Positions 39,081 through 45,781 of a stretch of 45,781 bases of DNA are shown in pieces. Positions within the stretch are counted from its first letter, which is position 1. Each line of letters opens with the position of its first letter. The position numbers and the translations under genes are program-made. Origin of the DNA: an uncultured Dehalococcoidia bacterium (GTDB lineage Bacteria > Chloroflexota > Dehalococcoidia > Lucifugimonadales > UBA3495). The notes below the pieces were generated by a model. It was not told where the DNA came from. It saw only the letters and a list, made by a program, of their open reading frames with translations, and searched no databases. The stretch is taken from positions 1 to 45,781 of the forward strand of contig CATMOE010000028.1 of the NCBI GenBank assembly GCA_950072105.1, read 5' to 3'.

Positions 39081-39131
39081 TTTATAATGACTATTAACGA
39101 TGAGTCAAGGTATTTGTGAAAATTAGTACGA
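39081..39131 (-). promoter_or_regulatory. Putative rex promoter with adjacent Rex-operator-like site
   Basis: Minus strand TTGACT-16nt-TATAAA; TTGTGAA-AATT-AGTACGA at 39114-39131 has one perfect half-site. Confidence 0.45.
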
Positions 39132-39206
39132 ATGCGAATCCGGAAATGGCGAATGGCTTATTCCAGGCGGCACGCCCGCCGATAATCAGCTCTGAATTCT
39201 GACGAT

Positions 39207-39506
39207 ATGAGTTTGCACATCGGATATTGCCGGATGGAGTTCTTCTTGCCGGACAGTCACAGCCTAAAAGCCAAGCGCCAGGTTGCCCGGTCAGTAGCGG
39301 CAAGGATCCGCAACCAATTTAACGTCACTGTCGCAGAGGCAGACGATAACGACCTGTGGCAGCGGCTTACTCTGGGTATTTGTTGCTTGAGCAACGATAC
39401 CAAGCACGCCAACGAGATTCTGTCTAATGTAGTCGCGTTTGTGGAAAAGAGCCGCGACGACTTGGAGTTGCTGGACTACGAAACCGAGATAATTTCGGGG
39501 CTCTAG
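39207..39506 (+). CDS. DUF503 (YlxP-like) protein
   Basis: SHSLKAKRQV, FNVTVAE.DD.DLWQR. Confidence 0.9.
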   Translation: MSLHIGYCRMEFFLPDSHSLKAKRQVARSVAARIRNQFNVTVAEADDNDLWQRLTLGICCLSNDTKHANEILSNVVAFVEKSRDDLELLDYETEIISGL

Positions 39507-39573
39507 GTCCGATGGGCCTTGGCAAGTCAACTCTTGGGAGTTTGGCTGCGACGATCAAACTGCCTAGTTAGGG

Positions 39574-39602
39574 TTGACGGTGGCGTTGCTGGTTTGTAGA
39601 CT
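39574..39602 (+). promoter_or_regulatory. Putative sigma70 promoter for the 64-aa gene
   Basis: TTGACG-17nt-TAGACT. Confidence 0.55.
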
Positions 39603-39728
39603 GCTGTTACCGGACCTGAAAAGGCTTATGGACCCGGTATCAGCTTAAGTAGTACGCACCAGAGCGATGGTTGCGAAAAAAATAAGACTCCTAAGGGAAA
39701 AATAGTACACAAGACGGAGGAGGGTAAG

Positions 39729-39923
39729 TTGGCATACGCGGAAATGACAAGTGTGGAATCCGGATTGCGGTTCAAAACCCGGGCGGGCTTGGTGGTGGAA
39801 ACCACCGGAGTGAGCCTACACATCGAGTCCACCGAAGTTAACGTGCATGAAGTGGTTATCGTCGACGGAGAAGGCCAAGGGAACAAATACCTGCACAACT
39901 TGGACTACGCAGAAAAGGCCTAA
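39729..39923 (+). CDS. Small hypothetical protein (64 aa, beta-rich)
   Basis: SD GGAGGAGG before a TTG start; upstream promoter and downstream terminator. Confidence 0.8.
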   Translation: MAYAEMTSVESGLRFKTRAGLVVETTGVSLHIESTEVNVHEVVIVDGEGQGNKYLHNLDYAEKA

Positions 39924-40000
39924 GTCCGGCCGCTATATGTTCTCACTCCCTCGCTAGGTTCGCCTGGCCGTTGGTGAGAGGAAGACCGCTCTCAGGTAAA

Positions 40001-40030
40001 AAATTGGCGCCGATCAGTCGGCGCCAATTT
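40001..40030. terminator. Bidirectional intrinsic terminator
   Basis: AAATTGGCGCCGA-TCAG-TCGGCGCCAATTT, perfect 13-bp stem. Confidence 0.8.
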
Positions 40031-40094
40031 CTACTAACACATCCGAAAATGGGGCGGCATTCAGCAAGCTCGGGATCGATCGTTGATACCAGCA

Positions 40095-40940
40095 TCAGTT
40101 TGGGGTGGAATCGGTGGGACCGTCCTTCAGAGAAGCCAGAAATTCGTTCAACGTGTCCCAGTAACTCCCGCCGCCCGCGATGTAGGTGTCGTTGTGGGCC
40201 GTCCCTGGTAGCAGCTGGAACCTCTTGGGTTGATTCGCCGCCTCGAACAACTTCTTACCCTGGCTCAGCGGCACCGTCGCATCCTGGTCCCCGTGCAGAA
40301 TGAGCACCGGGCGGTGGATCTGCCTGATAGTAGTAATGGAGTCGTACCTTCCCCGGACCAGCAGGTGGAAGGGTGTGAAGGGAAATGCCACTTTTGCCAT
40401 GTCCGATATGGATGAGAATGGGGCCACCAGCACCAAGCCCAATGGTTCCCTGCTGGCGGCCAACTCCACCGCAACCGCCGCGCCAAGAGACCGTCCAAAG
40501 TAGACAATCTTCTCCGGCGCTAAGTCGGACCGGGATGTCAGATACTCTAACGCAGCTCGAGAGTCCTGATATGTCCCCTTTTCGGACGGTGTCCCGGAGC
40601 TGCGGCCATAACCCCTATAATCGAAGATAAACTGGTTCACACCCAACCGATGCCGGAAGAGGGCCAGTTCTTCAACCCGGTGGCTGATGTTGCCGCCGTT
40701 GCCATGAAACCAGAGCCAGGTTACGTCCCCGGTGCCGGGCAGGTACCATCCGTGCAAGTTGAGACCGTCCCTGGTGGTGAAGAAAACTTCTTCGTATTCA
40801 ATCCCAAAGTCGCCCGGCGTCTGCTCAATGGCAGCGGAGGGGAAGAATATATACCGTTTTTCTAACTGTGACCAGAACACAAATGCTACAACCACTAGAC
40901 CAAGGATAAAACCGGCGGCGAGGGTCACTCTGGTGTTCAT
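40095..40940 (-). CDS. Membrane-anchored alpha/beta hydrolase (Bem46/ABHD13-like)
   Basis: N-terminal TM, FHGNGGNI, DYRGYG, GRSLG, HGDQD, HND. Confidence 0.92.
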   Translation of the reverse strand: MNTRVTLAAGFILGLVVVAFVFWSQLEKRYIFFPSAAIEQTPGDFGIEYEEVFFTTRDGLNLHGWYLPGTGDVTWLWFHGNGGNISHRVEELALFRHRLGVNQFIFDYRGYGRSSGTPSEKGTYQDSRAALEYLTSRSDLAPEKIVYFGRSLGAAVAVELAASREPLGLVLVAPFSSISDMAKVAFPFTPFHLLVRGRYDSITTIRQIHRPVLILHGDQDATVPLSQGKKLFEAANQPKRFQLLPGTAHNDTYIAGGGSYWDTLNEFLASLKDGPTDSTPN

Positions 40941-41015
40941 TATCGGTGCCCCAGGGGTCCAACCAACTACAAGGCGGCCATTGAGACCATTAGCCGGGCG
41001 GCGGACTTTAGGGAG

Positions 41016-42005
41016 TTAACGCCGGCTGCCCTGGGCCACGACATAGATCGGGGACCCGGCGGCGAAAGACTCCAGATTTTCCACAGACATCTCCAATCCG
41101 CGCATGGTGCCGTTGTAGGCCATTCCCCCGGCGTGGGGAGACAGAACCACGTTTTCAAGTTGAGTAAGACGATGGCCGGGCGCAAGAGGCTCGGCTTGGA
41201 ACACATCCAACGCCGCTCCGGCGATGCGCCCATTCTCCAAGGCGTCGATCAGCGCGTCCTCATCCACGGCAAGGCCGCGGGAGGTGTTCACCAATATAGC
41301 CGTATCTTTCATCAGATCAAACTGGGCGCGTCCGATGAGGCCCCGGGTGATCTCGGTTAACGCCACGTGAAGAGATACAACATCGGACTGACGTAGCAGG
41401 TCGTCAAGCGACAGGAATTCCACGTCATATTCGGCAGCCCGCTCCGGACTGGGGTGCACTGTCCAGGCCACCACCCTCATGCCGATGCCTTTCCCCAACT
41501 GAATCATGCGCCGGCCGATGGCTCCGGTTCCCACCACTCCCAGGGTCTTGCCATAGAGCTCGTTGATGAAGCCCCTGGTCCAGCCGCCACTTCGTATATG
41601 CTGGTCGTTTATCACGATCTGCCTAGAAACGGCCAGGGCCAACGTCAACGCATGCTCCGACACGTAGGGCGCGCCATATGCCGGGGTGTTGGAAACGGTG
41701 ATGCCCAATTCCTCGGCGGCGGTCAGGTCAACATGGTCGACGCCGGTGCCCCAAACGGACAGAATCTTGAGCGCCGGGCAGGCAGCCAGTACTTCTCTGG
41801 TGAATTGGACCGAGGAGCGGATGTTGATCACGGCCTCAGCGTTTTGCATACGCGCTACCGTCTCATCATTGTCCAAGGGACGGTCGAAGTGCCACTCCAC
41901 GTTTTCAGCCAAAGCACGGGCGCGATCTTCATACGGTGTTCCGGATAGGACCGGAGGCTCATCGTCGGGAACTACCAACAGGGCAAAGGGTTTATTGTTG
42001 GACAT
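41016..42005 (-). CDS. D-isomer-specific 2-hydroxyacid dehydrogenase
   Basis: GTGVDHVD, VGTGAIG, NTSRG, LDVF..EP, SPHAGG; start estimated at MSNNKPF. Confidence 0.92.
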   Translation of the reverse strand: MSNNKPFALLVVPDDEPPVLSGTPYEDRARALAENVEWHFDRPLDNDETVARMQNAEAVINIRSSVQFTREVLAACPALKILSVWGTGVDHVDLTAAEELGITVSNTPAYGAPYVSEHALTLALAVSRQIVINDQHIRSGGWTRGFINELYGKTLGVVGTGAIGRRMIQLGKGIGMRVVAWTVHPSPERAAEYDVEFLSLDDLLRQSDVVSLHVALTEITRGLIGRAQFDLMKDTAILVNTSRGLAVDEDALIDALENGRIAGAALDVFQAEPLAPGHRLTQLENVVLSPHAGGMAYNGTMRGLEMSVENLESFAAGSPIYVVAQGSRR

Positions 42006-42009
42006 AGGC

Positions 42010-42246
42010 CTAACGCCGCGTCTCAGGATCAACGGGATTATTCGCGGCGTAAGAGCCTTGTTCCTGGTGAATCGCGGCGCCGCGTCCGGCCAGGTCACGG
42101 ACTTCATGAGTGTCGGCCTGGCAATTGGGGCACCATATAGTTTCGGTAGTCATCAGCATCATGTTGTCTTTCTTCACGTCGAAAGTGCCCAGTTCTTCGC
42201 CGCACGCTCCGCAGCTTTGCACCACGGTCATATCGCCTTCAGCCAT
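42010..42246 (-). CDS. Small zinc-ribbon-like protein
   Basis: CGAC...CPNC; fits between co-oriented genes with short spacers. Confidence 0.7.
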   Translation of the reverse strand: MAEGDMTVVQSCGACGEELGTFDVKKDNMMLMTTETIWCPNCQADTHEVRDLAGRGAAIHQEQGSYAANNPVDPETRR

Positions 42247-42262
42247 AAATCAAACCCTCGAT

Positions 42263-44293
42263 CTACTCTTCTAGGCTATCTGCCAGAATCTCCAGAACAT
42301 CCTTGGCCTGTTTCTCGCCCTCTAATCCCTTGGCCTGGATGCCCTCGGTGAGCATCTGCAAGCAGAAGGGGCAGGAAACCGCGACAGTGTCGGCGCCGGT
42401 TTCTAAGAATTGGTCGGTGCGAGCATGGTTAACCCTTGTTCCCCTGCTTTCCTCCAGCCACATATGGCCGCCGCCCGCGCCGCAGCAGAATCCCCGCTCC
42501 CGGCAATTGGGCTCGATCTCAATCAGGTTAAGACCGGGCACCGATTTGGCCACGGCGCGGGGCTCATCGTAGATTCCGTTGTGGCGGCCCAGGTAGCAAG
42601 AGTCGTGATAGGCCACGTTGGTCTGAATCATTTTGATTGGCTTGATCTTGCCTTCCCTAATCAGTCCGTCAACGAATTGGCTATAGTGGAGCACCTCATA
42701 GGTCCCACCAAACTGGGGATATTCGTTCTTCATCGTATTGAAACAGTGTGGGCAGATGGTCACGATGGTTTTTACTTCATAGCGATTCAGGGTTTCGATG
42801 CTTTGTTGGGCTAGTATTTGGAAAAGATACTCATTGCCCATTCGCCGGGCGGGATCACCGGTGCAGGTCTCTTCTTCGCCTAGGATAGCGAAGTTCACTC
42901 CGGCGGCCTTTAACACTTTGACCATGGACCGGGCCACCGCCTGGCTTCGCTGCTCCAACGCGGCGGTGCAGCCCACCCAGAAAAGGACTTCCACGTCTGG
43001 CTTCTCGGCCAACGTCGGTACATCCAGACCCTCAGCCCAGTCGGTGCGCGAGTATTGGGTACCCCGCCACGGATGCCCTCGTTGCTCGAGGTTCAGCAGG
43101 GCGTTCATCGCAGATTCCGGAATCTTAGACTCTTCAAGAACCAGGTTGCGCCGCATATCCATGATGGTGGGAACGTGTTCCACAACTACCGGGCACTCCT
43201 CCATACAGGCGCCACACGAAAGACAATCCCAGATCGCCTCTTCAGATATGGCCCCGCCAAATAGAGGCGTGGGCTCAACGTGCTCCGGATCTCGTGCTCC
43301 CTGATGCCCAATGGCGACCATGTGGTCTTTCAGGTTTTCCACGATGTGCATCGGCGATAGCACTTTGCCGGTCAGGTTAGCCGGGCATACGGAAGTACAT
43401 CGTCCGCACACCGCGCAGGCGTACCCGTCCAACAATTGCTTCCAGGTGAAGTCCTGAACTCTTCCAGCGCCAAAACGCTCAGTGTTCTCCAAGTCAATCG
43501 TAGGTAGCAAACCACTGGGTTCCAACGACCGGAAGAAAGCGTTCAGCGGCGCGGCCAGCATGTGCATATGTTTGGTGAACGGAATATAGACGGCGAAGCC
43601 TAGAATTATGGACAGGTGCAGCCACCAGAAAACACCATGCAACACGTTTGACGCTGCGAGCCCGATACCCATGCCTTGGAACAAGCCGGACAATGCGCTG
43701 CCGATAATGACATTCGCTTCCGGTCCTAAGCCGCCCTTGGCTATGTAAAAGGCGTGGGTCAGGAGGGTGGATACCATGAGCAGACCAATGAGTCCAACGA
43801 TGATAACGGAGTCCAGATGTCTGGTCAGATCGTAGCTCAGACGGCTGGGTTTTACGATCCAACGCCGGGCCAAAGCCCAACCCAGCAGGACCAACATGAC
43901 CGCGGCCATGATGTCCAGGTAGATACTGTAAATCCGGACGCCGGTGGTGTGAAGCAGCCATTCCGGGAAGTGACTCCATATGGAGGCGCCGAAGATAAAA
44001 ATCAGGTAACTCAGGGCAAAGGAGAGGAATCCCCAGAAGATCAGGGCGTGTCCGATGCCGGCCCAGTCCCTTTGGGGGACTCGTTGCAACACTTTCCGCT
44101 GGCCCAGAACGATACTCACCGCCCCCTTCAGTCTTACCCAGGGGCGGTCGAACCGGGCAACGCCTTTACCCTGACGGATCAGGCGGAACACCCGATGATA
44201 GAGCACGTAGTTGGAAAGGGCGCCGGTCACTAATGCAGCTAGATACACGCCAGCCCATATAGGTAGAGGCCCGATGTCTCCCGGTGGTACCAC
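42263..44293 (-). CDS. Membrane-bound Fe-S oxidoreductase (FadF/HdrED-like: TM domain, 2x[4Fe-4S], CCG domains)
   Basis: TM helices with His residues, CAVCGRCTSVCP, CLSCGACMEECP, YHDSCYLGR, CCGAGGG, CPFC. Confidence 0.92.
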   Translation of the reverse strand: MVPPGDIGPLPIWAGVYLAALVTGALSNYVLYHRVFRLIRQGKGVARFDRPWVRLKGAVSIVLGQRKVLQRVPQRDWAGIGHALIFWGFLSFALSYLIFIFGASIWSHFPEWLLHTTGVRIYSIYLDIMAAVMLVLLGWALARRWIVKPSRLSYDLTRHLDSVIIVGLIGLLMVSTLLTHAFYIAKGGLGPEANVIIGSALSGLFQGMGIGLAASNVLHGVFWWLHLSIILGFAVYIPFTKHMHMLAAPLNAFFRSLEPSGLLPTIDLENTERFGAGRVQDFTWKQLLDGYACAVCGRCTSVCPANLTGKVLSPMHIVENLKDHMVAIGHQGARDPEHVEPTPLFGGAISEEAIWDCLSCGACMEECPVVVEHVPTIMDMRRNLVLEESKIPESAMNALLNLEQRGHPWRGTQYSRTDWAEGLDVPTLAEKPDVEVLFWVGCTAALEQRSQAVARSMVKVLKAAGVNFAILGEEETCTGDPARRMGNEYLFQILAQQSIETLNRYEVKTIVTICPHCFNTMKNEYPQFGGTYEVLHYSQFVDGLIREGKIKPIKMIQTNVAYHDSCYLGRHNGIYDEPRAVAKSVPGLNLIEIEPNCRERGFCCGAGGGHMWLEESRGTRVNHARTDQFLETGADTVAVSCPFCLQMLTEGIQAKGLEGEKQAKDVLEILADSLEE

Positions 44294-44445
44294 TCTTTTG
44301 AACCCTCCTGACTTGAGACAGCTAACAGTTTAACAGGCCCAGTGGCAGCCAGCCAGATATGACAGCTTGTTAACCCGGAACCCTAAAGATTGGGCGACAA
44401 GAATAAAGGGCGGTAAACGGCGTACAATTTGAGCCGCTGGATTTC

Positions 44446-45453
44446 TTACCCGCTCTTCACCCTGGGTATAACGTCTCGGCCCATGATCTCTATCTGGCGA
44501 AGTAACTGCCGGTGGGGCATACCAGGCCATTGCATGCGGAAGATCATGTAATCGATCCCCAACTCCGATTCGTACCGCTTTATCTCACCAACCACATCGT
44601 CCGCGGTCCCCAACAGAAACCGGTCTTTGGCCAAGTCCCGGTATGGGATCGAGAAGCTCTCTTCACCCGGTAAAGCTTTGTCCTGCCCCCAGGAGGCATA
44701 AGCCGCGTATTTGCCCTCCAGATACGGCCTGCTCTCGTTATAGGCCGTCTCCCGGTCCTGGGCCACGTACAACTCCCGCATCATGGGCAGACTGGACGCC
44801 GGTTGGCCCGCCTTAGACAGAGCCTCCCGATACATCTCCAATTGGCCGGTCACCATGGAAACCGTGGCATGGGGATTGACCAGCCAGGGATAGCCCCATC
44901 GGGCGGCCCTCCGTATGGCCCTGTTACCGTCGGCGGCAACCCATATCGGCGGATGCGGCCGCTGCACCGGCCGGGTCGCCAGCTTTACCTTGGGAACGTG
45001 ATAATATCGTCCGTTGAATTCCACCTCCTCTTCAGTCCAGAGGAGTTTTATCAACTCCAGGGCTTCCCGCATCCGCCCTACCCGCTGGCTGGGCTCTACT
45101 CCAAAGGCGGCGAACTCTTCTTCGCGGTAACCAAGGCCGATGCCGAATATGAACCGGCCCCCACAGATCGCGTCCAAAGTTGCCACGCTATCGGCTATCT
45201 CAACGGGGTTGTGCAACGGCAACAAGATAATCGTGGCAGCAACCTCCATGTCGCCGGCTTCGGCTGCCAGCCGTGCCAACAAAGGCATGGTGGTGCTCAT
45301 CTGATATGGAGCCGCCAGGTAGTGTTGGGCGGCGCAGATAAGATCGAACCCGGCCCCCCTGGCCGCCTTCACCTGCTCCACGCTCTCCTGAATCTTGTCC
45401 GGCATCGACTCGCCGGCCACGTACTGGCTGTTTATGAGTAGTCCCAGCTTCAA
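44446..45453 (-). CDS. LLM-class (luciferase-like) flavin-dependent oxidoreductase
   Basis: AGFD....QHY, HNPVEIA..VATLD, GRFIFGIGLGYR..EF, PVQRPHPPIW; TTG start. Confidence 0.93.
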   Translation of the reverse strand: MKLGLLINSQYVAGESMPDKIQESVEQVKAARGAGFDLICAAQHYLAAPYQMSTTMPLLARLAAEAGDMEVAATIILLPLHNPVEIADSVATLDAICGGRFIFGIGLGYREEEFAAFGVEPSQRVGRMREALELIKLLWTEEEVEFNGRYYHVPKVKLATRPVQRPHPPIWVAADGNRAIRRAARWGYPWLVNPHATVSMVTGQLEMYREALSKAGQPASSLPMMRELYVAQDRETAYNESRPYLEGKYAAYASWGQDKALPGEESFSIPYRDLAKDRFLLGTADDVVGEIKRYESELGIDYMIFRMQWPGMPHRQLLRQIEIMGRDVIPRVKSG

Positions 45454-45567
45454 CGCTCATCACCTTCAGATAAGATTGTACCAATGCTAACAGAGTCCAT
45501 GATGAATGGAGCACCAACCGGTTGATTTTATTCGAAACACTACCCTGGCAACAACCCGTGTTTCCTC

Positions 45568-45596
45568 TTGCGACGGAGCAAGTGAACGGTTACAAT
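45568..45596 (+). promoter_or_regulatory. Putative sigma70 promoter
   Basis: TTGCGA-17nt-TACAAT. Confidence 0.5.
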
Positions 45597-45643
45597 CCCC
45601 ACCGAGTCTCCCATCCATATTAAATACGAGGGGCGCGGCAAGC

Positions 45644-45781
45644 ATGAAAATCGCGCGATTTAGAGCCGCCAGGCGAGTGGCATTCGGTGTGATGATGGGA
45701 GATGAAATTGTTGAGATCCGTGGAAGTATCTATACCCGCTTCAGGCTGACCAACACCCGGTATCCTTTGGCGGACGTAAAC
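45644..45781 (+). CDS. Partial CDS, probably the N-terminus of a fumarylacetoacetate hydrolase family protein
   Basis: MKIARFRAARRVAFGVMMGDEIVEIRGSIYTRFRLTNTRYPLADVK, open to the window edge; resembles FAH-family N-termini. Confidence 0.6.
   Translation, partial: MKIARFRAARRVAFGVMMGDEIVEIRGSIYTRFRLTNTRYPLADVN

Overview
A mostly core-genome, GC-rich bacterial window. Gene content (luciferase-like monooxygenase, DUF1501, a lipoprotein with VEKEV repeats, REP-like palindromes) suggests Chloroflexota/Dehalococcoidia, possibly SAR202; this is inference only. Left to right: an AT-richer accessory segment with a 66-aa ORF coupled to a truncated Rad50/SbcC-like ATPase (missed by the ORF track); a glycine-reductase-type pair, grdC plus selenoprotein grdA (in-frame TGA and SECIS-like hairpin, also missed by the track); an RTX-repeat secreted protein; a peptide ABC operon; DUF1501, Lrp/AsnC and RidA genes; EF-G2; a B12-dependent acyl-CoA mutase with isobutyryl-CoA mutase signature residues; ribF-tyrS; an Aap-type amino-acid ABC operon whose binding protein has a Met-rich repeat; rsmD-coaD and a coiled-coil gene; a LonC-like protease; DUF151; a full F1Fo ATP synthase operon interrupted by a decayed hicAB; rex; DUF503; small proteins; and a redox cluster. 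I saw no rRNA, tRNA, CRISPR array or transposase. All calls come from reading motifs by eye; no searches were run.
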